Below the pieces are notes generated by a model. That model saw only the letters and a program-made list of their open reading frames with translations. It was not told the DNA's origin and ran no database searches. 64,000 nt of DNA from an uncultured Planctomycetota bacterium. Its GTDB lineage: Bacteria > Planctomycetota > PLA2 > JAEUHO01. Numbering within the stretch: position 1 is the first letter of the stretch; the number at the start of each line of letters is the position of its first letter. Both the position numbers and the translations under genes were made by a program. Of this stretch, positions 1-9,226 are shown in pieces. The stretch spans positions 2,080,001 through 2,144,000 of the forward strand of contig CAVVXN010000005.1 of the NCBI GenBank assembly GCA_963752285.1, in the 5' to 3' direction.

Positions 1-1548
1 CCCGCCGACACGGTCCTCGCGCTCGCGCGTCTCGTCACGCTCGGCGTCGGCGCGGCGTGCCTCGTCGCGCTCGTCACGCTGCTCCTCGGCGCGCCGTCGT
101 GGCGGCCGCGGCTCCAGCACCGGCTGCTCCTCTCCTACTTCGGCATCTCGTTCCTCCCCATCCTGCTCCTCGGCCTCGCGACGGCGCGGGAGGTCCGCCT
201 CCGACACAACGCGTACCTGTCGCAGCGCCTCGAGACCGACGTGCGGCGCGCCCGCACGGACCTCGAGGCGATGGGCACGCAGGTGTTCGACCAGGCCTCC
301 GAGGCGAACCTCGTGCGCTGGGCGAACCAGCGCCGCCACGACCTCCTGCTCTACCGCGACGGCGAGGTCCTCGCGACGAGCCGCTCGGGCCTGGTCGAGG
401 CCGAGGTCCTGCCGTCGCGTCTTCCGCCCGACGCGTGGCGCGCCACGGTGCGCGAACGACGCGAGATCGTACGTCGAGAGGCGGTGTTCGCGGGGCACCC
501 CGTCTGGTTCGGCTACGCGCCGGTCCTGGACGACCGCGGGCGCGTCCTCGCGACGGTCGGCGTGCCCCTGCTCTACGACAAGGACCTGGTCGCCGAGGAG
601 CTCGCCGTCACGGGCAACGTGCTGGTCGCGGCGTACCTCTTCGCGCTGGTCCTCGTGCTCGTGAGCGGACTGTGGACCGCGCGTCGCCTGACCCGGCCCA
701 TCCGGCTCCTCGCGGCAGGCACGCGCCGCGTGACCGCGGGCGAGCTCGACGTCGTGCTCAGGCCCGAGGGCCGGGACGAGCTGGGCGACCTCGTCGCGGC
801 GTTCAACGCGATGACCCGGGCGCTTCGCGAGGCCACGGACCGGGCGATCCGCGCCGAGCGTGAGTCGGCCTGGCGCCGCATGGCCCGCCAGGTGGCGCAC
901 GAGATCAAGAACCCCCTCACGCCGATCCGGCTGATGATCCAGCAGATGAAGGCGGAGGCCGACCGCGACCCCGCGCGCGCGCCCGAGGCGATCCGCCGCA
1001 CCGCGCCGGTGGTCCTGCGGCAGATCGAGGCCCTCGGCCGGATCGCGGGCGACTTCGCGCAGTACGCGCGGCTCCCCCGCCGCGACATCTCGGACGTGGA
1101 CGTCGGCGCGCTCGTGGACGACGTGGTGCTGCTCCACGCCGGCAGCGCCGCGGAGGGCGTGGAGGTCGCCGGCGACCGGCCCGACGAACTCCCGGCGGTC
1201 CGCTGGGACGCCGAGGAGCTGAGGCGCGTGCTCGTGAACCTCGTCGGGAACGCCGTCCAGGCGATCCGAGGGTCGGGACACGTGGTGGTCCGGGCACGGC
1301 CGCGCTCCCTCCGGGGCCGGGACGGGGTGACGGTCGAGGTCACCGACGACGGCGTGGGGATCCCCCCCGAGAATCTCGAGCGGATCTTCGAGCCCGACTT
1401 CAGCACGAGGACCGCGGGGACCGGGCTGGGCCTCGCCATGGTCCGCCGCACCGTGGACGATATGGGAGGCACGGTCGAGGTCGAGAGCGAGCCCGGTCGG
1501 GGCAGCACCTTCAGGCTGTGGTGGCCCCTCCGGGGCGCATCCGCGTAG
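1..1548 (+). CDS. Membrane sensor histidine kinase, NtrY-like (HAMP-HisKA-HATPase); 5' end lies before the window
   Basis: Frame is open from base 1. Contains TM segments, a HAMP domain (GRDELGDLVAAFNAM), H-box VAHEIKNPLTP, N-box NLVGNAVQA and G-boxes DDGVG and GTGLGL. Confidence 0.9.
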   Translation, partial: PADTVLALARLVTLGVGAACLVALVTLLLGAPSWRPRLQHRLLLSYFGISFLPILLLGLATAREVRLRHNAYLSQRLETDVRRARTDLEAMGTQVFDQASEANLVRWANQRRHDLLLYRDGEVLATSRSGLVEAEVLPSRLPPDAWRATVRERREIVRREAVFAGHPVWFGYAPVLDDRGRVLATVGVPLLYDKDLVAEELAVTGNVLVAAYLFALVLVLVSGLWTARRLTRPIRLLAAGTRRVTAGELDVVLRPEGRDELGDLVAAFNAMTRALREATDRAIRAERESAWRRMARQVAHEIKNPLTPIRLMIQQMKAEADRDPARAPEAIRRTAPVVLRQIEALGRIAGDFAQYARLPRRDISDVDVGALVDDVVLLHAGSAAEGVEVAGDRPDELPAVRWDAEELRRVLVNLVGNAVQAIRGSGHVVVRARPRSLRGRDGVTVEVTDDGVGIPPENLERIFEPDFSTRTAGTGLGLAMVRRTVDDMGGTVEVESEPGRGSTFRLWWPLRGASA

Positions 1549-1560
1549 GATGTCCGCCCC

Positions 1561-3825
1561 ATGGCCGCCGACGAGAAGAAGTACCCGTCCTTCTTCTGTC
1601 CGCAGTGCGGCCAGAAGCATCGCGCGGACCTGAGCCCGCTCGAGGGACACCCGGACTCCCTCATGCGCACGCGGTGCCGCGGATGCGGGGTCCCGTTGAC
1701 CGTCGGGCTCGAGAAGGGGAAGCCGCGGTGCCTCGTCGCCGTGGACGAGGTGGCGGACCCGACGGACGACAAGGGGAGCGACCCGGGCCTCGAGGTCGGG
1801 GCGAAGGCCGGAAGGTACGTGGTCGAGGCGAAGCTCGGCGAGGGCTCGACCTCGATGGTGTACCGCGCGCTCGACCCCGAGACGAAGCGGACGGTCGCGC
1901 TGAAGGTGCTCCGCAAGGGATCGCCGTACGACGTCCGCGCGCGGTTCGTCCACCAGCTCGAGGTGCAGGGCGCGATCCGCCATCCGAACGTGCTCCCGAT
2001 CTACGACCGCGGCTCGCTCCCCGACGGCCGGCCGTTCTTCGCCTCCGAGCTCCTGACCTCGCCCCGCACGCTCGAGCAGGTCGTCCAGGAGGCCCGCTCG
2101 ACCAGCGGGGAGGACGGCGCGGTGCGGTCGCTCGTCGAGGACGTGCTCCTGCCCGTCGCCGAGGGCGTGTACGTCGCGAACGTCGAGAACGGCGTGGTCC
2201 ACCGCGACCTCGAGCCGCGAAACGTCCTCGTCGAGCCGGCGACCCACCGGCCGTACCTGGCCGACTTCGGGTACGCCGCCGAGCCCGACGGCCCGGACAC
2301 GTCGGGCCGGCAAGGCGAGGTCCCCCTCTCTCCCTACATCGCCCCGGAGACCGCGACGGGGCGCGTGCACGCCCGGACCGACGTGTGGGGGCTCGGCGGC
2401 CTCCTCCAGCTCGTCCTGACCGGGAACCCGCCGCTCGAGGGGAGCGGCGACCGCCTGCTCCAGGCGGCCGCGGCCGGACGGGTGCGCCCGCTCCCCGACG
2501 ACACGGCGCCGGCCCTCGCGGCCGTGACCAGGAAGGCCCTCGCGCGCGATCCGGAGCAGCGCTACGTGAACGCGCGCCAGATGGCGGCCGACCTCCGCGC
2601 CTGGCTCCGGGGCGGCTGGGTCCGCGCCGTGGACGAGTTCGGCGGGCGCGAGGCGCAGCGCGTGGAGACACGCGTCCAGCTCGCGCGCCTGGGCCGCGGC
2701 GCGCTCTGGGTGGCCGGGGGCCTCGTGGTGGGACTCCTCCTCGGCAGCCGGATCCGTCTCGGCGGCGAGGGGGGACCGCCGCCCGCCCTGACGGCGCTCG
2801 CGGCCGACCTGAACGGCCTCGACCGCGAGATCACGTCGCTCGTGCCCCGGTCCGGCACGTGGGCCGACGAGGACGCCGCCGGGGTCTGGAAGGCGCTCCA
2901 GTCGCGTTTCGACTCGCTCGCGAGGCGCGTCGCCGCGCTTCCCGACTCGCCCGCGAGGCGGTCGATCGAGCAGCGCCTCGCGTTCGTGCGCGCGCGGGTG
3001 GACACCGGGCGGGTCCGGTACGAGGGCCCGCCGGGGGAGTCGCTCGTCGCGAAGAGCGTCCTCCTCGGCCAGGAGGTCCAGCTCGAGGCCGGCGGACCCG
3101 CGGTGCAGCTCGCGCCCGGCATCGAGACGGTGCGCGACGCGAGGAGCGGCGCGTTCGGCTTCCTGGCGCACCGCCCGCTCGCCATCCACGCGCCCGGGTC
3201 GAACGACCAGCTGCCCGAGTCCACGTGGAAGCTCCCCCCCGAGGTGTCGAAGGCGACGGGCGCCCTCGCGTGCGTCGAGGGCGGCCCGGTGCTGCCGCGA
3301 CGTCCGCCGTGGTCGTCGCCGGTGCCGGCGATCGCCGTGGCGTCGTTCCTGATGGACCGGCGCCCGGTGACGAACGAGCGCTACCTGCAGTTCCTCACGA
3401 TCCAGCCCGCCGAGGCGAGGAAGGACCTCCTGCCGGCGACGGGCTTCGCCTTCGACGAGGAGCAGAAGATCGCGCGCCTGGCCGACGCGAGTGCGGACGC
3501 GCCGGTCGTGGGCGTGAGCCTGGCGGCCGCGAAGGCGTACGCGACGTGGCGCACGGCGGAGGAGGGCCGTTTGGTCCGGCTTCCGACGGAGGCCGAGTGG
3601 GTCCTCGCGGCGGGCGCGTGGGACGACCCCCGGATCCCGCCCGCGCCGTATGGGGTGTACGGGCTCCTCGACGCGCCGCGAGAGATCGTGATCTCGGCCG
3701 ACGGCGAGGCGCTCGTGAGGGGCCCGGCGTCGGAGGACGCACCGCGCGGCGCGAGCGTGTTCGGCGTGACGCCGCTGACGGCGGAGACACCCGCCGGCTT
3801 CCGCCTGGTCCGCCCCCTGGACTGA
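1561..3825 (+). CDS. Ser/Thr kinase-like membrane protein with N-terminal Zn ribbon and C-terminal FGE-sulfatase-like domain
   Basis: CPQC...CRGC; VALK, HRDLEPRN, DFG, YIAPE, DVWGLG; TM segment; VTNERY, PVVGVS, RLPTEAEW, GFR. Confidence 0.85.
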   Translation: MAADEKKYPSFFCPQCGQKHRADLSPLEGHPDSLMRTRCRGCGVPLTVGLEKGKPRCLVAVDEVADPTDDKGSDPGLEVGAKAGRYVVEAKLGEGSTSMVYRALDPETKRTVALKVLRKGSPYDVRARFVHQLEVQGAIRHPNVLPIYDRGSLPDGRPFFASELLTSPRTLEQVVQEARSTSGEDGAVRSLVEDVLLPVAEGVYVANVENGVVHRDLEPRNVLVEPATHRPYLADFGYAAEPDGPDTSGRQGEVPLSPYIAPETATGRVHARTDVWGLGGLLQLVLTGNPPLEGSGDRLLQAAAAGRVRPLPDDTAPALAAVTRKALARDPEQRYVNARQMAADLRAWLRGGWVRAVDEFGGREAQRVETRVQLARLGRGALWVAGGLVVGLLLGSRIRLGGEGGPPPALTALAADLNGLDREITSLVPRSGTWADEDAAGVWKALQSRFDSLARRVAALPDSPARRSIEQRLAFVRARVDTGRVRYEGPPGESLVAKSVLLGQEVQLEAGGPAVQLAPGIETVRDARSGAFGFLAHRPLAIHAPGSNDQLPESTWKLPPEVSKATGALACVEGGPVLPRRPPWSSPVPAIAVASFLMDRRPVTNERYLQFLTIQPAEARKDLLPATGFAFDEEQKIARLADASADAPVVGVSLAAAKAYATWRTAEEGRLVRLPTEAEWVLAAGAWDDPRIPPAPYGVYGLLDAPREIVISADGEALVRGPASEDAPRGASVFGVTPLTAETPAGFRLVRPLD

Positions 3826-4024
3826 CCCCGTTTCGACGTACGGAGCCAGAGCAATTCGTCCGAATCGGACGCGGCGGACGCGCCCCACAACCTTCGCGCC
3901 GGGCCCGGAGACGGGGTTGGAACGGGGCCGCACGTCGTCTCCGACCCGGCCTCGTCGGGACGCCGGGCCGAACGCGGAGAGCCGGGCGCCCACGCGGCGG
4001 CGCGGCGCGGTGCGGCGGAGCGCC

Positions 4025-5521
4025 TCACCTCGCGACGATCACGAGCCCGCGGACCTCGCCGTCCGCGAGCGTGACCGGGACGCTCCCGGTCCGGCTTCCC
4101 CACCTCGCGACGACGGACCACGTGCCGGGCTCGACGCGGGCGAACGTCCGCCGTCCGTCGGGTCCCGTGAACGGGTCCACACGCTGGACTCCGTCCGCGA
4201 CGTCGAACACGCGCGCGCCCTCGACCTCGACCCGCGCCGACGGTCGCGATCGGCCCGCCTCGTCGGTCACGAGCACGTGAAGATTTGCGCCGTAGGGCTC
4301 CTGCAGCACGACCGACGTCTCGTCACCCGCGGCGAGGTCCACCGTGGCGACCGCGTCGAATCGACCCTCCGCCGTCGCCACGAGCCGCCTCTCGCCCGGC
4401 TCGAGGCCTTCGAGCCGGACCTCGCCGCTCTCGTCCGTTGTGTGCCCGAGCACGTCGGCTCGGGCGACGGGGTCGCCGTCGCATCCGATCACGCGAACGT
4501 AAACGCGTGCCGACGGCTCGCCCTGGGGAGAGAGCGCGGAGTCCCCGTCCCGGTCGAACTCGCACGAGAGATCGTTCTCCGTCTCGACGATGTCCGACGG
4601 CTGCCGGTCGCGAAGCGGCTCTCGGAGGCGGACGACGCACCTCCAGGATGCATCGTCGCGCGCGGGGACCTCCGTGCAAAGGTCGACCGAGGCTGGCGGC
4701 TCCCCGGCAGGGACCTCCTCGATCTCGACCAGCTCGGCTTCGAGCGCCGGCGCGTACGTGCTCGCGAACGTCACGGCCACCGGTTCCCCGGAGAGGGCGG
4801 GGATGCCGGCGATGCGGAGCACGCCGGGCGACTCCTCGAAGGCGTCGCACGACCCCCAGAGACGCCCGGCGACCCACAGGCGGGCGACCGTCACGCCCGG
4901 CGCGGGCCGGCCATCCGGGTCGAGAACCGTCACGTGGAGCACGGCTTCCGGCCACAGCGGCACGACGGCGACGACCTCGCGGACGTGCGCCCCGTAGGAA
5001 GGGACCTGGATCCGCTCCTCGGGGTCCTCGAGGACGTGACCCGCCGGCGCGTACACCCGAAACAGGGGCAGGCCCGGGAGCTCCGGCATCTCCCTGGACT
5101 CGCCCGAGTCGAGGTCGGGGATCACACGGAACGCCGGCGGCGTCGGGGTCGGCGCGCGCATCCACGTGAACGTCTCCGCGATCGCGGAGGGGGCCCAGGT
5201 CGAAGCAACGGGCCGACCGGAGCGTGCATCCACGGTCTCCACCCGAAGCGGCACGCGGCGGCCCGCCGGCGGTCCGCCCTCCACGGCGGGCGCGCCCGCG
5301 TCGGCCGCCCGAGGGTGACCCGCGGTCGGACCCGCGCCCCCCGGCTCGGCGCTTCCGACGAGCCGCGCCGGCTCGCTCTCCTCCGACGGCGCCTCGCGCC
5401 GCGCTGCGCGGTCGAGCGCCGCGCCGCCCGGCTCCTCGCGCGTCCTCGTCGCGAGGACGAGGACGACCCCCGCGACGCCGAGCGCCGAGAGGCCGAGCAG
5501 CCGAAGCCGTCGCCCGTCCAC
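4025..5521 (-). CDS. Membrane-anchored protein with carboxypeptidase-regulatory-like (transthyretin-like) repeats
   Basis: N-terminal hydrophobic anchor and repeated VxVxDxxGRPxxG / TDxxGxxxLxGLEPG motifs. TAGACT lies 6 nt before the GTG. Confidence 0.7.
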   Translation of the reverse strand: MDGRRLRLLGLSALGVAGVVLVLATRTREEPGGAALDRAARREAPSEESEPARLVGSAEPGGAGPTAGHPRAADAGAPAVEGGPPAGRRVPLRVETVDARSGRPVASTWAPSAIAETFTWMRAPTPTPPAFRVIPDLDSGESREMPELPGLPLFRVYAPAGHVLEDPEERIQVPSYGAHVREVVAVVPLWPEAVLHVTVLDPDGRPAPGVTVARLWVAGRLWGSCDAFEESPGVLRIAGIPALSGEPVAVTFASTYAPALEAELVEIEEVPAGEPPASVDLCTEVPARDDASWRCVVRLREPLRDRQPSDIVETENDLSCEFDRDGDSALSPQGEPSARVYVRVIGCDGDPVARADVLGHTTDESGEVRLEGLEPGERRLVATAEGRFDAVATVDLAAGDETSVVLQEPYGANLHVLVTDEAGRSRPSARVEVEGARVFDVADGVQRVDPFTGPDGRRTFARVEPGTWSVVARWGSRTGSVPVTLADGEVRGLVIVAR

Positions 5522-5565
5522 GTCCGGAGTCTACCGCGCCGTCGCGCCGAAAGGCCCGCGCCCGG

Positions 5566-6909
5566 TCAACGGCCGAGGACGTCCAGGCCCTGGAGGCGCG
5601 CCAAGAGGGCCAGCGCGATCGACGCGCACGCCCCCTGCATCTCGGCCTTCACGAACGAGCCGTCGAGTTCCTCCTCCGGTACGAGCGACGCGAGCTGGCG
5701 CTCCGCGTACCGACGGGCCCTGGCGCGCGGCACGTGGGCGAGCGCGCGGGCCACGTAGGAGTGGCCGAAGTCGTAGGGGTACGCGTCGTGGAGCACCACG
5801 GGCGAGAAGCAGCTCTCGAACACCTTCGTCGTGCGCCGGACGGCCACGTCGTTCTCGAAGAAGAGGTCGATGCCCGCCTGGAGCCCCTTCGTGCTCCCCG
5901 ACTCCCTCTGCTCGAGGAGCGCCAGTCGAAGAGCGCGGTCCGGCACGACGAGGAGCGCACGGCGCCGTGACGGACGTTCGTGGCGTACGAGAACTCGCGC
6001 GGGTCCTTCTCGGTCCGGAGCGACTCGAGGAACGCCGCTGCGTCGTGGGCCATCCTCCGGGGTACCGGGACGTCGAGGTCTCGGAGCTCGGAGAGGAGCA
6101 GCAGGACGGGCGCCGTGTGGAAGCTGTGGATCCGCGACGCCGGCCTTCGCGGGGACCGCGCAGAGCATCGCGCGCACGAACGGCGCCGAGAGGACGCCGA
6201 GCCGCCGGCACGTGTGAAGGAGCCGCCCGTCGGACCGCGCGAACACGAGCGAGGGCCCGTCGAGGTCGGGGGTCCGCACGCCGAGGAGGTCAAGCGGATC
6301 CTCGGTCTTCGCGGGGAGCCCCTCCTCGAACCGGTACGTGTGGAGGCGCACGCGCACGGGGACGAAGTGCGCGCGGACGAGGAACGCGATCTCGGGATCC
6401 GTGAAGAGCGCGGCCATCCTGGCGCGCTCCGCCACGAGACCGGCGTCGATCGCCATCGCGCGTTGGTCGCCGAAGGCGGACGGCTGCGATCCGGCCCCGT
6501 CACGCCCCGCGTCCGCGTAGCCCGAGCGCCACCGGACGTCCTGCACGGGCCCCACCGTCGCGAGGACGAGCTTCTTCTCGCTCCTCGCGCGTTCGAGCGC
6601 GCCCTCGACGGTCGGCGCCCACGGCAACGAGTCGGAGCACGCGGTGCCGGTGTGGATCTCGGGCGGGTCCCACGCCTCGCCGACGGCGTGGACCGCCATC
6701 GTGAACGGCAAGACCGGCGGCACCTCGGAGGGATGGACGTGGAGGTGGACCTCGGCCTTCGCGATCTTCGCTCCGACGGCGACGGGGAACCGCATCCGCA
6801 CGCGGTTCGTGTCGCCGAGGCTCACGGCGAGGGTCGGGAGGCCGCCCCAGGCACGCATTGCGAGGTACGAGGCCTCCGCCGTGTCGGCGTCGGCCGAAAC
6901 GCGTCGCAC
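5566..6909 (-). pseudogene. Degenerate multidomain gene (DNRLRE-like fragment, thioredoxin-like segment, helical C-terminal part) with apparent frameshifts
   Basis: Between about 6140 and 5925 the protein-like text (HSFHTAPVLLLLSELRDL...SSSCRTALF) is in another frame, while this frame reads as Pro/Arg-rich junk. There is no good start upstream. Confidence 0.55.
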
Positions 6910-7179
6910 CTCGCCGCCCGCGAGCGTCGAGACCCGCTCGGGCGGCGCCGCGGTCTCGCGGCTGTCGAAGGTGACCCACGGCCGGCCGTCGGGACGCGTC
7001 TCGCCGTGCGGCGCGGCGCCCCCGGACGGCGCGGGGAGGAGGGCGCCCGGGAGGGTGCTCCACGCTCTCCGTCCCCCCCGCCGTCCCGAGCGACCCCCAC
7101 GCTCCGTGCTCCGTCTCCAGGGCCCGCTCCCCGAAACGCACGCCGCGCGGCACGGGTTCTGGTCGCCTCGACGACGAGG

Positions 7180-7359
7180 TCAGACGTGCCCGCGGACGGT
7201 GTGGAAGGCGAGGGCGGCCGCGAGCGCGAGCCACGCGATCGCCCACAAGAGCGGTCCCCACGCGACGGGACGAACCCATCCCGCGACGTCGGGCGAGATC
7301 GACCGCACCGCGGGCGCGGTCGGCAGCGGGGACTCGGTCGGCGGCGCGTCGGGGTCCAT
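7180..7359 (-). CDS. Small membrane protein (59 aa)
   Basis: One C-terminal hydrophobic helix (WGPLLWAIAWLALAAALAF). TAGAGT lies 7 nt before the ATG at 7359. Confidence 0.55.
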   Translation of the reverse strand: MDPDAPPTESPLPTAPAVRSISPDVAGWVRPVAWGPLLWAIAWLALAAALAFHTVRGHV

Positions 7360-7461
7360 GCGCCTCACTCTATCCGGGCCCGGTCGAAGCCCGACGCCGG
7401 CCCCGACCCCGGGGGCGCGCGGGTGGACCGCGCGTCGCCCGTCCGGGCGACCTCGCGCCGG

Positions 7462-8295
7462 CTACCCGACGTGGGCCCGCACCGCGCGGATCGCGTCCGT
7501 GACGTCGGCGGTCGAGAGGGTCGGGGCGAGGTCCAGGACCCAGGTCGCGGCGCGGGGCACCATCTCGCCGAGCGACGACCAGTCGGGCCCGTCGTCGTCG
7601 GGGTGGCCCCGTCCCGCGAGGCCCGCGCCGAGGCCGTGGGCGAAGCAGGTGCCCGCGCGCGACGCGAAGCGATCGGCCCACGCCTCGGGCGGCGGGCCGA
7701 GGCCGAGGCGCTCGAGCCCGAGCGCCCGCGTCGGGTCGAACGCGAGGCCGAGGCGGGGCAGCGCGTCGAGGAGCCACTCGGTCTCCTCCACGTGGAGCAG
7801 GTCCGACGCGGTGCTCCCCGGGCGCACCGCGAGCGGCGCACCGGTCGCGAGGCCCGCGTGGAGCGCGCGGACCGCGCGCTCGGCGGCGGCCTCGCGATGG
7901 GCCCGACGGCGGGCCGCGGCCGTCGGCGCCGCCTCGCCCTCGTCCTGCCGCCCGAGGTCGCCCGCGACGCGGTCGGGATCGGCGTCCGCGCGCGAACCGA
8001 GCCCGCCGCCCTCGACCACGAGGACCCCGGCGCGGAGCCGCGACGCCACGGCCGTCGCGCGTGCGAGGGCCGCCGAGAACCGCGAGAGGTCCTCGTTCGA
8101 CGCGCCTCCGCCGTCGCCGAGGAGCACGTGCGACGCCACGACGCCCACGGCGCGGAGCACCGCGCGTCCGTCCGGCGCGTCGAGACCCGGGACGACCAGC
8201 GCGAGCCGGTCCAGGCCGAGGTCGCGTGCGCCCCGGGCCGCGCCCTCGAGCGTGACGCGCGCAGGGAACCAGCCGGTGGAGAGCGCGAGGCGCAT
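7462..8295 (-). CDS. Sugar phosphate isomerase/epimerase-like TIM barrel protein
   Basis: MRLALSTGW start, LGLAFD and WVLDL segments typical of the AP endonuclease 2 / xylose isomerase-like family. Metal ligands look degenerate. Confidence 0.55.
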   Translation of the reverse strand: MRLALSTGWFPARVTLEGAARGARDLGLDRLALVVPGLDAPDGRAVLRAVGVVASHVLLGDGGGASNEDLSRFSAALARATAVASRLRAGVLVVEGGGLGSRADADPDRVAGDLGRQDEGEAAPTAAARRRAHREAAAERAVRALHAGLATGAPLAVRPGSTASDLLHVEETEWLLDALPRLGLAFDPTRALGLERLGLGPPPEAWADRFASRAGTCFAHGLGAGLAGRGHPDDDGPDWSSLGEMVPRAATWVLDLAPTLSTADVTDAIRAVRAHVG

Positions 8296-8301
8296 CGACG
8301 A

Positions 8302-9183
8302 TCAGGCGGTGTGGGCCGCGGCCCGCACCGCGCCCGGCATCCCGGCCTCGACCCAGCGGGCGAAGCCCTCCTCGTCGTGCGGGCCGATCACGACGTCGGC
8401 CAGGCGAAGCACCTCCCCCACCGCGTTCCCCACGGCCACGGCGAGCCCCGCGGCCTCGAGCATCGATAGGTCGTTTCGCTGGTCGCCGACGGCGATCGTC
8501 CGCTCGGCGGGGATCCGTCGCTCGGCGAGGAGCCAGAGGAGGACCTCGGCCTTGCCGCGCGTGCGCGGTTGGATCTCGGCGAGGTGCATCTCCAGGTCCC
8601 CGAGCTCGGGGAAGATCGCGAGCGGATAGTGCTGGAGCTGCAAGCCCGCGCGCGCGTCGTCGCTGAGCGCGGACCAGGCCCGCTCGGTGTCGGCCGCCCC
8701 GTCGAAGCAGCAGGAGAGACGCATCAGACGGTCGCGGGGCAGGAGGTCCTCGCGGTCCACCTCGACCACGTTCTCGTACCACCGGGCGACGCGCGGGTAG
8801 TGCACGTGCGCTCGGCGGATCGCGAACTTCCGCTCGTCCGCGTGGCGGAACGAGAAGCGCGACTCGGCCTCCGCGCGGAAGGCCTCGCCCACGAGCGCCT
8901 CCGGGATGGGGGTCATGCGCCAGGGTCGCCGGCCCGGCCGCCCGATCCAGCAGCCGTTGAAGGCCGCCACCGGAGCCTCGAGGTCGAGGGCGCGCCAGAA
9001 GCTGGTGCAGCCGGCCACGCTGCGCCCGGTCGCGAGGACCACCTCGAACCCGGCCTCGACCAGCCGGCGCACGGCACGATGCGTGCGGGCTCCGATCCGC
9101 GACCGCCCGTCGAGCAGGGTGCCGTCCAGGTCGAGGAGGATCGCGTCGAAGTCGGCGCGGCGGCGCGCGAGGAGGTTGAACAT
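8302..9183 (-). CDS. Cof-type HAD hydrolase
   Basis: DLDGTLL, ATGR, FNG, K and GDQRNDLSML motifs. Start placed at ATG 9183. Confidence 0.9.
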   Translation of the reverse strand: MFNLLARRRADFDAILLDLDGTLLDGRSRIGARTHRAVRRLVEAGFEVVLATGRSVAGCTSFWRALDLEAPVAAFNGCWIGRPGRRPWRMTPIPEALVGEAFRAEAESRFSFRHADERKFAIRRAHVHYPRVARWYENVVEVDREDLLPRDRLMRLSCCFDGAADTERAWSALSDDARAGLQLQHYPLAIFPELGDLEMHLAEIQPRTRGKAEVLLWLLAERRIPAERTIAVGDQRNDLSMLEAAGLAVAVGNAVGEVLRLADVVIGPHDEEGFARWVEAGMPGAVRAAAHTA

Positions 9184-9226
9184 GGGCCCGGGCAGGGATA
9201 CCACGGGGGTCCGCCCCTCTCCCTCG

